A stretch of 63,554 nucleotides of DNA, filler included, from Choristocarpus tenellus KU-1152 (Eukaryota; Protista; Phaeophyceae), in NCBI GenBank assembly GCA_964200185.2. It is 6 parts of 6 records of this genome, joined end to end, with 100 filler letters (N's around TTAATTAATTAA, not from the genome) between each part and the next. Parts side by side here need not be neighbours in the genome. Positions count along the whole stretch, not along the records: positions 35,407 to 63,554 come from CAXNAD020000131.1; 5 more parts are not named here. One strand, 5' to 3'. A program made the position numbers and the translations under genes. Position 1 is the first letter of the stretch. Every line of letters begins with the position of its first letter. The notes beneath the pieces were generated by a model, which worked only from the letters and a program-made list of their open reading frames with translations, made no database searches and was not told the origin of the DNA. Positions 39,831-53,181 of the stretch are shown in pieces.

Positions 39831-40072
39831 ACCAAGAGAAAGGATAGTGCAGGTCTACAATCCATTGTCTTCTACATCGAATTGGAAAATCGAAAACGGA
39901 CAATAACGTACGGTGTCGAAGGGGTTCGAACCTCGGGATTCATGCCAGCAACCACCATCCTTCAACTTACCAAGAATAAAAACGTATTAATATCCTTGGT
40001 TATAACGTTACGATCTCCAGAATTCAAGGTCTATTCGATATACTACACACCCAATGAGGGGTACTGCTCTAT

Positions 40073-40490
40073 GTGGTCACAGTTGCCCCTTCAGCAGCAC
40101 ATCTAGAGCTTTCGATATTTTCGGGCGTGAGGATACATCGTGCTGTCAGAAGGTGGTTGCACTGCGTCACTCACAAACCCAAGGAGATGCTCCTTGTGAC
40201 AGAGACGCCGCGCCAGCATCCAAGTGGGAGTTGTGCAAAGAGGCTTCACTTCGGTTCTCAAGGTGCGATGAAGCCCTTGTACCATCGCACTCACAAGCCC
40301 GAGGACGCGGTCAACGTGTCTGACCGAGGGTACCAGAATGTAGGAGTTAGCTGGGTGATAGAGGGTTCATAAAGTCCTCAAGTTATGGGGAACCACTTGC
40401 ACTATTGTGGTACTTACAGGCCCGAGGAAGCCGTCAGCATAATCGACAAGTGGTGTCTGCAGCGTGGAGGGGACTGCGTGATGACCCGTG
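40073..40490 (+). pseudogene. Degenerate EsV-1-7 cysteine-rich repeats
   Basis: One frame reads HCVTHKPKEMLLVTE.PRQHPSGSCAKRLHFGSQGAMKPLYHRTHKPEDAVNVSDRG...*...HYCGTYRPEEAVSIIDKWCLQRGGDC, resembling the EsV-1-7 pattern (C..HK...MVNV..K.C..GC.K.P.FG). Several Cys are lost and there is an in-frame TAA at 40370-40372. Confidence 0.55.
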
Positions 40491-40519
40491 CCTATCATCA
40501 AAACCTATATCACAGGAGG

Positions 40520-43500
40520 ATGGCTTTTGGATTTACACAATTCTGGCTCCTCATATGCTTTCTCATATACCAAGGTCAACGACAGTGCACCGAAGCCCTC
40601 CAACACCGAAGACTTGTTATTTTCAGAGGGAGGAGCAGACACACTGTCGGATTCGAACCTCTTGCGAAATTTGAATTGCCAAGTCTCGAGTTTACTGCTG
40701 CTGTGGAAGGAGTTGTACATGGTGAAGGAAAAAATGGCACAAGACCTCGAGGACATCAACCATCTCTCGTGTTTCATCCGAGTCTTGGATCGGAGTCGTT
40801 TCAGTGGGTTTCTTCAAGACACTCCGATATAACTCTATCTCGAGCGGCTGGACGGTGAGATAGATCTTGATATAGTCTGACCTACGTGCACTTAACAGAG
40901 TGGATGCCGACGTCGAACTGAAGGAGAGAATTTACATTATCTCCCCCGACTTGAAACTGGAGGAAAAGCTTGCCCCTCACTGACCCCCTAGCACACGTTT
41001 GGGCATACCCGGCCTGGATCCTGACCCATGGGTACCATAAACTTTTTTATGGGCAGGTCTGTCCTTGTTCATGGTCTATACGAGGTCTGGGGTTATGGGG
41101 AGAGTCCGGAAGCAGCGACCGCTGATGCGTTCAGGTGAAGCCTAGGAAGAGGTGCTGAGTGTGTTGACACAGTAGGGGAAGTCGCAACCCTGGTTTACAC
41201 ACCTGTCCCTTGATCCCCGTCGTTGATAATTTCAGGTCAGGTAGGATCTCATTGGACTTCTATGGGGCAGGATGGGAGGTGGGGGCTATGAGTTTTGGAC
41301 GACCCCAACTGACAAGGGAGGAGGAGGAAGAGCTCGTAAGAGGACCATTGAGAGTTGTGGATCATATCAACGGACAAAGGTGAGGCTTTGTTATTCCTGA
41401 TAGGTCTGCAATAGTAAGATGCTATGTCGTGATAACTGTTCTTGATACGGCCTGATAACTGATTCAAGGCTAATCCCCCCTTACATGTCGAGATCCCATA
41501 CTTCTGGATTGCATATTCTGGTGATTGACTTTGCAGGGATAGACACGCAAATTCCGAGAGGCACCTCCTCCTTGTGGAAGATTTGTGCCCCTCTTCCCCT
41601 TCACTTGCGAGTCAGGATTGGGCCAGGTCTCGGGGGGAAAAAGTATTGAGAAAGTCAGAGGGCAGCAGTCAATCTAATCGGAACTGCCAAAAGCAGTATT
41701 TTATTTGCAGGGTTCTTCAGATGGGGCCAGTAGTTGGAGGAAGAAAAGTCCTTGGAATGACATACCGTCGTCCCCGTAGTGGGGTACTCAAGACATTGGC
41801 CTTGAGCGGCAGGGAATGCAGGGGACCAACAGCTATCGAGGCAGAGATAAGCCTCATCATGGCTAACCTTGCAAGGGTGGGTGCTCATAATGAGTGGGGT
41901 TTTAAGACTCGGTTCAGCAATAGTGACTATTACTGCGTCACTAGGATTTGCATTGCACTGTAGTCAAACATAGTCGGAGCACATCATGTAATCCCAAGTG
42001 GTGTGCACTAAATGCGGGTATTGACTTGTGTGACACTTTGCCAATTGCTGAGACTTGATTACTTTTGTAGGTATATTGTAGCACTTGTTTTTTTTGGGAC
42101 TGTTGACCACATTGATGTAGGCTGTTGTAGGCTGTTTTGATTGGCTTGATGCTATGATTTTCTCTGGTCCCTTTTGAATTGATCTACTGATGGAGGTATT
42201 CAGCCAACAGCTCTCGTCTTGACCTTTATGATTGATCATTGTGATATGAAGCTTTAAATTTTTATGTAAGACTTTCAGTCTCTTCTCATAGGTGCAGCCA
42301 GGATCACTGGTCTACGACCCCTTCTGTGGATCATGCTCACTTCTCCTTCCAGCTGCTTATATGGGTGCACTGACTGTGGGGTCAGATATTGCTGGCCCAG
42401 CATCAGTTACATCAGTTTCATCAGAAATGCGAATGTTGAAAGGACCTGATTTGTCTCGTCATGAACCCACCTCAGTACCTGGAGATTTGCTTGGGGTAGA
42501 TGCAAAACAAAAGGGGGTCAATAGAGACACGCATGACCTGTGGGCAATTCATCGTGACTTCAGGAGATTGGACTTGGTTGCTCCCAGACTGATGAAGGCA
42601 GACATTGCTGATAAGGATTCTCCTTTGTGTATACAAGGGTGAGTAGAGACTGTCCGAGAAGCTACACCATTTGAGAGATGAACACTTGAATTTTTAAGAG
42701 TACAAGCTGAATGCTATGAGGCTTTGGTATGTGACACCACTTGCTTGAAATAGAATCACTACTGTTCATTTGGTGAAATATCAGATTGTGGCATAATGAG
42801 AGGAGCAGCTCAGTGTTTGTGTGGGACAAGCAGATCACATGTTGCTGGAGTTTAAAGGTTACCGTTGTCCTGTGTGCTTGCTTAATTTGCTGAAAGGTTG
42901 ATAGCTTTGAAAAAATACCTCAAACCTTAGCACATGTGAAGACAGGGATTTGTTGATAAAAATAAAACAAGTATGAGCACACAGGCAATCTAGTAGTTGT
43001 AACTGTAGACATCTAGAAGTTGTAACTGTAGAGTTGGTCACACTACAGTGGTGAAAGAAAGTAGTCAATTTTTGGTTGTTGTTTCACCTATGTTGTGCAT
43101 CTTGAGTAGAAGTTGCAAGTCCTAAGATTTGTGGTTGGAAGATCATGATGTTTCCACATTGCTTTTTGGAGGTTGAAGTTAATTTTCTGAGCAAAAGTAG
43201 GTCAATTTTGTCTATAATTTACTTTTCCAAGTCTTTGTAGAATTTAATTTAGAATTCTCATGTTTGGGGTCAGAGGAGAGGACTCAGAGTAGTTTCACTG
43301 TTGAATAATAACATAGGCCTGTTCTTGAGGAGAGTATATCACTCTGTGTCCTTTGCTCTAGTTATTCCCTGAATAATATACTAGAATGAATTTTGTGAGA
43401 GAAGAGTGAAGATCGTTGTGCATGTCATATTTGGTATTGATTTTTTTTTCCATATTTCTTTTTTTGTATATTATTTGGCATCCACCAGGTGTCTCTTCTG

Positions 43501-44452
43501 GAAATGATCATTTCTTCTAGGAGCTCATGTTAGAACATCAACAAGTATTTTCCACCCCCCCTCCCTAGTTTTTGTTGTACTGGTTAGTGGAGTAATTTGT
43601 CTGTAAGTATGTGAAATGTGACTGTGACAATGGTGACAACAATCTGTCGATACAATTTTTTTTGAAAGAAATATCTCTTTATTTTCCACGCTTTGACAGC
43701 TATGTTTGTGATATAAGTAAATTGTGCTTCTAATTGTGTGTTTTGATTAATCTTGCCCTTAGACAAATATAGATTAAAAAAATAGAATTTTTGGATCTCT
43801 TCTCTTGCACTTCCCTCACCTCTTTTTGTATAGGTATTGGAGACGATTTTATATTATGACAGTATCCTTGTTTGTTTTGATGTGGGTTTTATCCCTAGCC
43901 CAAACTAGTTAGGCCCTTTATCCATATTCTACTGCTGGCTTTGCTCCCCTTGCCAGGTACTATGATGCCATCATATGCGACCCACCTTACCACATCAAAG
44001 AACAAGTTGTCCATTCCAGTGAGCTTGCTCTGGGCAATCAGTTAGAGGACAATCCAATCGTTAGAGTGGCAGGAGGAAAGGATGCTCAATTGTTGGTAGA
44101 GGCAGAAGCTGTTGGTGGAGAAACAGTAATTCCTCGTTCCCTCTCCCTAGGCACTCCTTCAATATGGGCTGCAGGAGAGGGAGAGGTTGCAATTGAGGAG
44201 GCAAGAGGGCTTGTTGAGCAGGTTGTGATGCATCTTATGGACCTGGCAGGGGAGGTCCTTAAGCTAGGAGGGCGTTTGACCTTCTTCTTCCCGTTACGAG
44301 GTGAACAGGCCCGACTTGACCACTTCCCACAAGAGCTTGGTGAGAGACTGTTCTGTCAGGGTGGTAGTCTCTCACTGAAAATTGCCATAAAACAGAGACA
44401 AACCTCTCCCAACATGTGCCGCTGGCTCTTGGTGTTGGAAAAGATGTGCTAG
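40520..44452 (+). CDS. TRM11: Trm11/TRMT11-like tRNA guanine-N2 methyltransferase, 6 exons
   Basis: Exons 40520-40854, 41057-41134, 41236-41379, 41537-41876, 42292-42638 and 43957-44452. Motifs: RSVLVHGLYEVWG, GPTAIEAEISLIMANLARVQPGSLVYDPFCGSCSLL, GSDI, YDAIICDPPY, LKLGGRLTFFFP, RWLLVLEK. The start codon is uncertain (40520 or 40385). Confidence 0.82.
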
Positions 44453-45309
44453 TAGTTCAAGTATGGTTTGTATATAGTGTCTGCAGTATGAAGAGCATCT
44501 TGCAAGTGTAGTTTTTGTTACAGTTTTGTCAGAAAGAGTTGACTCTGTCATTGTGGTGTACCTCATCGCTATACCAATATGGGATGGGATTACAAGATGG
44601 GTGCTGGTGGTGTTCAAACCATACACAACATGGTTACATTACACCTTGGATGAGAGTGTGATGTCACTCTGTGCTTGACTCCTTCCACCAAACTTTCCTC
44701 TTGAGTGGATTAAGTTAGGTGGGACAAAGCTGGCTGTTGTATTATACCCTTCCCTTTGCTGCTAGTTACTTCTCTCCCGATGGTTTGAGACACATTGTTG
44801 CACATGACATGTTGGAACAGATGTTTCACTCTGTTCCCTTGCTGATGCACCAGTAAGATAATGGTCTCATGTGACACATTACCTTGCTGATATTTGGTAT
44901 ATCCAGTAACAATATTTTAGTTGGCACCCCTACTGGGGTGATCACCCAAGAGTATTTCTCGTTGTCTTGTGCTTCCTGTTCTTTTGTTTGACATGAACCA
45001 AATGTTTCATGGTTGAAACTGCCTTCTCAACACCCCTTCATTCCCATATATCACATCTCTGTAACTGCCCACTCCACAAGTGTTACATTTCCTGTACATG
45101 CTAGTGAAAGATTTGTGTAGTGAGATTCCCTCTCTATGCTGGAGTCAGGAATTGAAGCTGTTCACTTGCAGTTTTCAGAATACATATTTATTCTCAGGAG
45201 AGATTGAGGGGGGCTCTTGAGTTCATGTGTGCAGGCCCCTATGCACACATGTGACTGATGAAGTGATATGGGCATGATATTGGTATTATTGAGAGTATGT
45301 TGTGTTGTG

Positions 45310-48300
45310 TCACTTGTAACCAAAGTCACCCCCTGGACGGGTGGCACCCTTCCCAATTCCCTCTCCCTGAATTGGACCATTCCCCAGCTGCATGAAGTGA
45401 GCATTGCTCTTGAACTCCATGTAGGTGGTGAACAGGACATGCAGACTGTGCATGAGATTGTTGTGTACAGGTATGTCCATAATGGCGCACATCTTGGTTT
45501 AAGATCAGGACAGGGGGGTAAGAAGTGGGCAGTGGATACAGGAGTCAGCATGTGACTCTTTTAAGACTGGTCAATGTTCTCTTGTAACCCTGACTTCAAT
45601 GTATAACTTGCCAAGTGAACTGGGTGTTACATGCAAAGGTGGAGGCATCTTGTTCGAACAACCCAGTTAGAATAGAAGCATGTACCATGAAGTCTCAATA
45701 GTTGATAGTGAAAGGTAGTGCAAGACTTTTTTCCTAAGGTGTTTTATGATTGTTAGACCAAACAAGCATACATCACACACTTATGGGGCATGACGGTGAT
45801 TGAGGGATGGTTGAACGGGGAAGGAAGAGAACAAATAGAAGGAAGGAAAAAGAAGAAGATATGTAAGAGATATAAACAAAAGAACAGCACCAGGGATTTC
45901 TTGACATGTGGTCCCCCACCATAGTATTAGCCTGGACCAATGTAGCTTACCTTTACAGAGCAGACAGGATGCAGTGCGATCTGAGGCGGGGAATGTCTGT
46001 TCTTGACATCAGTTGCACCACCGTCACCTATAAATCCACGACCCTCCCACACACAACTTTCTCTCTCTCACACACAGAGTTTTCTCTTTTTGATGTCACA
46101 CGCACACACTGGGCAGGCAAAATTAACACAGACAAAAGGTGACTGTGTTGTAAGATATCAACTCACCATTCTTGCGTAGTCTTCCAGTGGCATGTCCATC
46201 TCTGGAGTAAGGTTGTTAACATCCTCTAGCACCTCCTCAAACTCTGGAGGCCATGCCTCCATCAGTACCTCAATATCAGGCATATTCTTTTTGTAGTGCA
46301 CCTGTTTGACAAACAGGAGGGAAACCCATCCCCGACTGATGACTGATATGCAAAAAACTAGAGGTAGAATGTCAGAAAAAGCTATGTCAAGGAAAGGAAC
46401 ATACTAGTAGTATAAATGGAGAGATGAAAAGATTGAAGTGTGTGTTGGACAAATTGGATTCTTCACCACTCTCTGTTTATGGCCAATACTATTGTGTTCT
46501 GGGAGATTGGAAGTACACCTGTGTTACATGCTACAATTAAACTATTAATACTATTATACTTTTAATTGGTGTTTGCTCCTGTTTCACACACTACACAGTC
46601 AACACACATAAGACCCCAATAATGCTTTCAAATAAAATATAAATACACCAGTGATACATGAGATGAGTTTGCTTCTCAAAGGCTAAGGCAGTATTGTTGT
46701 ACCAGGTGATTGTGATTGTTGCACCTGAGGAGGTGGCTTGATGCGGTGCATATCAGTTATGCTCTGAATCCATCTCTCAATCTCAGCTGGGTTCTTATGG
46801 GCATTCTCAATGGACCTGGAGGGATCAGGCCAATAAATCATATCTTGATGAGATGTATTAATAGGAGTTGCTGTGGTGTGGTTGACAATTTAAATATTCA
46901 AGAGATGACAGGATTTATCAAGTACCACAAGACAAAAATGCATCACAGCACAACACAACACAACAGCCATACTGACCTCACTGCCACATCACCATGCTGC
47001 TTCTTTGATACAGCCCTCAACTGAAGCTCCAACACTGTAGCATCACTTTGGCTAGCTGCTGGCTCATCCAATACCTGCATCAATTGATGGCATTCTGGGA
47101 TGAATTGGTGTGTGTTATTTAGGTGCAAAGAGTGTTCTTCTCTTGGTTGCAAACATTGAGTTGACCCTTGCCAAGACAAGTGCTGCTAATAAAACTCCTC
47201 AGTACTCCCACATACAAAGACAAACTAGAAGCAATACTAACATAGCAATAGTGGCAATAAATATGATAATATTACTCTTGGTCCAACTCTCTCTTTCTCT
47301 GGTTCACTCAGGTTCAAGGGGGGTGGTGTTGGGGAGTTCCCTGTGTTGATGTAGAAGCTTCAAGAGGTGGTATTGGTAGTAGTGGTTAATTTGTTATTTT
47401 GGTTCTTTTGACTGTATCAGCTCAGACAAGACAGTTCCTTTGTGCTTGTCATGCATCACACAGCTTGCCTTGAATCCAAGATCGTCTGAGGTGTCATCAG
47501 GCCTAGGAATCTTTAGGAAGGCGTCCATATCCCCAACTGCTGGTATATAATCAGGCACAAAACAGCGTAGTGTTGTCTCCAGTTCCACATCATGGCTCTT
47601 GTAGCGACCTATGTACTGAAAGAGGTCCTTTATCTCCGCAGACACATTAAGGTGTGCATAGTCAGCAGGGTTGTAAGCCCTGCTTATGGTGGGCAGAGAA
47701 CATAAAGATAACAATAGTCACTCACAACTATGGCTTAGTCAGCTCTCATGCTGGGGCCAAGGCAACTCAACTGCAGCATTTAGGGAATAAGTGAACCTGG
47801 CACTTTCCACAGCTGTTAGATTTATAGAGCGTGTGAATTAGTTGCGACTATTATTGTCTACAAAGGCACCTACACAGGTACATATTCAGCAGATGTTGGA
47901 AATGGGATATGCAAAGTGAACAATTGGTAGTTGTGTGTGTTGCTACTATTTGTAGGACAGATCTGATTGTACCTTTTCAAAACGATTACTCAAGATTCTC
48001 ATGTGGCTTGTTAGGTTGGGGTCACATGGGATAAGGGCCAGTGGTTCATATACCACAATAAGCACCTTTCCTGTTGTTGGTGCCATTGAGAGGCACCATG
48101 TGCTATTAAGTAGGATCCTCTAGAGTGTAAGGTGCTTCAATAATATGATGTAAATAGCAAAACATTAGTAACAGGTATGGGTCCTTGAAGACAAAAATAT
48201 ACTGCATCCAGTTTGTATGAAGTAGAACCAACATGTTGTTGAGAGCTTAAATACATCATATGATATGATATGATAAGATATGGTATGCCAGGCGAGACTC

Positions 48301-49253
48301 ATGCAAAAAGTGTGGACCAGTGTCCTCTCCCTAAAATCCCCAAATATAACCCTAACCCCGAAACAAGCATGGCAGGACAACAAAACACAATTTGAAAAAA
48401 ATAAAATTACGTTCAGTAATGTCACAATCTGAAACTTTGATGCGTACACTTAGAGTTGCAGATTTGTGTGGGCCCTGTCTGAGGTATCTCCTCTACAGAG
48501 AAACAAGAATAACAGGATTGCCCCTCCATGTCCTACACTAGGGTACATGTACTTCATAGGAGTCTACCATGCAAAATATGTAGAGCAGAGTGGGGCAATT
48601 CTTGATGTGCATTTCAAGTGGTGTGAGGTAGTGCTGTGACTTGGTTGCAAGGGGAAGTTGGGAGATTTGGAAGGACCATATCAGTAGGTTCAGGCGATTA
48701 GATGAGCAATTGACTGGTCTAGCCACTTTGGACTGTCCCCTCCAAGATGGAATAACTATAATTGATCCATGCTGCCTACAACCTACAACTAGTATCAACA
48801 AGGTGTGCTGTTAACCTTCTGAGAGAGCAGAGTATTCAACAAAGTATTCGACAAAGTATTCAGTCTAGGAAAGACATGAATGAGGAAGAAGATGAGCATG
48901 GTGAAACAAGCTTGATGGCTATGGACATAAAACAGGCATACTTACTAGAAAAAAGTAATGTCGATCAAAACGTCATGAGGTTCAAGGTGTCCTTGGACAC
49001 ACACACAGTACACCCCTGATTCTTCAAATAGCGTTGGAGCTGGGCACAAAAACTTTCAAGGCAAACACACCTACTTGGTGGTGCATTTAATTTTCATATT
49101 ATACCATACTCCTTAGGGATATAAAATGTAGACTCACCTTTCAACCTTAAGGCCACCACCACGACCCCCCTCATTGCTGGATGTCTCCGATCCACTCTCA
49201 CTGCCATCACTCCCCCCTGGTACACCAGATCCTAATACACCCATTGCTGGTAC

Positions 49254-49284
<31 letters not shown>

Positions 49285-52200
49285 GCAGCAACAGTGGCAG
49301 TGGCTGTCGGTCCACCACCAGCACTAGGAGCTGTACCAGGTGTCTGGGTGAGCACACCCTACTCAAGATGTGGAGGGGGCATGTGTACCAAGTCCAGGTC
49401 AGAGGTGGACTGATGCACTGCCCAAGGGGATGCATCTTCCTGGGGACTGTGGAGCACAGTATGATGTGATGTGTCTAAACTACTCAATTTTCATGTGAAA
49501 GGGTAACTAACTTTTGAAGTGGTTCGAGCTGGACTGTTAGTATATCATACTATTAATATATTATTATTATTATTATTATTATTATGAATAACGCGAGATA
49601 GATGGTATTGTGTTGAGAAACAAGTAATACAAGGACAAACAAATACTCTTCACTACTCCAGAATGCATCAATCAGATTAACTCTATTATTATTAGTATTA
49701 TATTTATTATTAGTGTAGTACAATTACTTTTTACCCATACACTATGCACTACACAGTGCTGAGGTGGGCTTCTGACTTAAGAGGGTGGCATAGCACAGTC
49801 ATAACTGAGTGAGCATGATCAAAGTCAAGTCAATTCAAGCCAGCCAAGCCGAGTCAAGCTAAGGTAGAGACACCATCAGCATAGCTGTGAAAGAGAAATC
49901 CAATGGCATGATGTGCTTGATGTTGATGGGGCTATCCAACCGTTTTACTTGTAAGACTGTACATATAGGATAGACTGTACTACATCAAGAATGCACTATA
50001 CTACTACAATACTATAGTAGCACTACACCACTCTTCTCCACAGTTGCAAGGATGTACTATGTATGGTTCAAATGATAGAAGGTGTCAAGAAGGGTATAAA
50101 GTGATAAGTAAGAACATATTATCACTAATAGAATACCTGATCTACACTTGATTGCCTTTTGCTGTGAGTTGAAGTTGAAGAAGGTGCCCAAATAGTACGT
50201 TTTGAGTTGGATTTAGATTGCCGGTTGGAATCTCTTGTGTCAATGCTGGAATCTGATACAGAGTTAGACAAGACAAGAAAGGACCGGAGAGAGAGTCACG
50301 ACAATCAACCAGGACATCCCAGGTATTATATTTAAACACACATCAATAACCATTTAATTCACAGGGTTACAGGATTTTTTTTCTTTTAAAAAACAGGAGC
50401 TTACATCTCATGTCATTTCATTTCTTGTTCACTTTGCTTTAGCATCTATTTCATTCTTGTGCTACTGATCTTCAGCTTCAGCCTGTACTTGTACTAATAC
50501 TATTAATGCATAGTACAATAAACTAAAATGATAAGAGGGATAGGTTAAGGCTTAGGGTTAGGAGGGGCTGATGGCTGACAGGACCCACCAAACAGCATGG
50601 ACAATAAACAAGTGACTTTGAGAGGGTCATTAAGTTGGGCTGGATAATAAACAAGTCATGTGTCTAGTGAGGAGGTCATCCACACTGCAATTACCTGCAA
50701 GTGAGTGTACAGGGGATGGGAGATCCTAGCCTTTGCTGTAGCCAGGCAATATGAGTTTCCCTTACCTTCATCAGCACTACTCAGGTCGTAAGCAGCATCA
50801 AATTGGTCGTTCTTGACGTCTCGTCCTGCCTGTATAAAAGCGGAAATGGCAGGTTAAGTGATAAAAAAAGAGTAAGGGGGAAGTGATTCCTGGTGCAACA
50901 AGAGGACAGCATAGATGAAGGAGGCAACACTTATCATGCTATAAAAATACTATGTTCTTGTCAACAAGGACAAGAACTCACCACTTGGGAAAATACAGTT
51001 CCTTTTCATCGTACATTATGTTGTGTGCATGCACTCACAACAATCACCCCACCAGATATCCAGACATGGTCCCCAATACACACCAGATGAGTCCTGCTTA
51101 TTGGGCAGTAATATAATCTACAAGTAAGTGCAACTGGAATGATGAAGGTTGCTGACAATCTCACACCTTGTCTTCGTTGCCTAACCTCCCCTTCTCCTCG
51201 GCAACAGATTTATTCACTGTTTTCCCATCTGTCTTCCGTGCAAGATCCGAGGTGAGTCTATCCCCTGATGCACTAACCTGTGCAAAGGGTGTTATGCATG
51301 GGGTTAATAGAGTGTCTGTCTGATATTGATTGGTACCGCATTGGGCATGCTGTTTCTCCATCTAACAATACCTTCTTTTTCTGTCTACTATGCTGCAGGC
51401 AGAACAGCCGCCTACCAGACTTCAAGGTCAAATAATCAAGCTCATCTGGTGTTAAAATATACTCCAGTACTTCCAGCAAGACTTGAACAAATAATACCAC
51501 TAAAGTAATCCATTTTGCGATGGTATAGTAGCTGAGAGTGAGGACTACAAGAGGAGACAGAATTGATACTGATGTGGGGTGTTTTATATAGCCCAAAGGT
51601 TAGCATCAAGGAACCGCTACAATGAGACTGCCTGGTAGGAATGCTGAATCCTGTGGTCTCCAATTGAACCAAAGGCGATATTCAAGTCATATCCTTCTTA
51701 ATTTTTTTTTGTGCTGTATGGTTCACTGTAGCCAAGGCAGGAGGCAGGTTAGGTACAAACCTACCTCCAATGTCTCGTCGAATTTGGTATTCTTCAATAT
51801 ACTCTCCCGTTTTCGATCTTCAATGGCACCTCTCAGGTCCTCCATCTCATCTCCATCCATGCTTGCGCTGGCGCTAACCTGAGACTCCGACCGAGCAAAT
51901 TATTAGTCTGGGGATCAAATTACATTCATCCCTATATGCTAGGCATCAACAGTCAGGGAAGTGATACAGGAGGATATGTAGACATACTCGAAATCATCTT
52001 GTAGAGAGGCGGCGTACACATACAGAAAGATCTCACGAGTACGTCTCGAAATGAGAAGCAAAGAAGGAGTCGCGACTTGGTATGCTCCCCAAAGAGGGTC
52101 GTGTCAACCAGGTTGTTCTGGTACATGCTCAGTTCAGTTGATTCAAGCTTGTAGGGAAGATTCATACAGGGAAGGCTCTGTTCGACCTGAAAGTAATATT

Positions 52201-52675
52201 TTCTCCACAAACAAGCAGACTGGTGTGTACCAATTACCTCTAGAGCCATATCGTATTTGTCATTCAGAAGCTTTCTCTCCTTATCCTTGTCATTTTGTTC
52301 CACGCTGTCATCGAACCCGGACTCTTCAAGCTCCCCATTAGAAAATTCGTCACTGTCCTGTGGGTCCACCAGAATCAGTGTCGTCGGTGGTTGGATCGAG
52401 AAGAGACGATAAGGACTACTAGACGAGTGTTGAACTTTTCCTGTCGAACATGGCATAGTTCGTCCTCATAAAGTGAGTGCGCCCGGCAGGCAAAGTAGGA
52501 GGCTCAGTGCTGCGGAGCATGAACAATAAGGTTCCATTCGTCTTGCATTTTCCTTTCTAGGTCTTGATGTGATCTGTCCGTGAAGGCACAGCTTATATCC
52601 TCAGGTGAAAGGGCTTGGCAGAACAATAAGATGATCCAAGATTTTATAGTGGTGGTCTAAGACACTTACCCCCAT
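45310..52675 (-). CDS. IFT46: Intraflagellar transport protein 46 (IFT-B core), 11 exons
   Basis: Exons 52675-52670, 52357-52238, 51878-51765, 51277-51167, 50829-50766, 49330-49138, 47679-47469 (GC donor), 47074-46977, 46815-46725, 46301-46167, 45492-45310. Motifs: AYNPADYAHLNVSAEIKDLFQYIGRY..PDYIPAVGDMDAFLKIPRPD..LG|VLDEP..QSD.TVL..SIENAHKNP..WIQSI..VHY..MPDIEVLMEAWPPEFEE..DIPV..SLHVLF..EFKSNAHF. Confidence 0.95.
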
Positions 52676-53181
52676 TGACATTATTGCTTTTGAGGCCTTG
52701 TCTGGCACCTCCAGATCCATTTCGAGAAATAGTGGATACTCTCTGTTGATTCGTTGTCACTCCCGCTCAAGCACAGCAACAACAACCAAACCTTGCGTGC
52801 CATAGGCTTTCTGGCCACTTCTACCACGGCATTGTTGTCAAGTGAGTGAGGGTGGAAACGCAACAGCCTTCAAGAGTGTGTAGGGTCCGATGGATGCAAG
52901 TTTCTCCGTTACAAATTTACAATCTACAATCCAATCTCTTTCCCCAACAAGCATCAACGTCTAAAAACGATATGATTCAAATTTTGTCAATTATATATAC
53001 TTTCTACTGGTTATAGACAATGATTCAATAATTGCTCCCTCGACAAAGGTGGAAATGGAAGATACAGGTGGGGTACTTTACTAAGGTTAAACGCAGTCGC
53101 CTCACTTGTCCCTTTGGTTTTAAAGGCAGTGACGACGCTTGTACAGGTTCGCTCAGGCTTGGATTCAGGAGGACGGGTGAT

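Noticed and set aside
39910-39945. Minus-strand tRNA 3' half (ggttcgaacccc)
   Set aside because: No complementary 5' acceptor strand or D arm found.
49359-49446. In-frame TAG suggesting IFT46 readthrough or pseudogenisation
   Set aside because: A phase-compatible acceptor at 49330 places the TAG in the intron.
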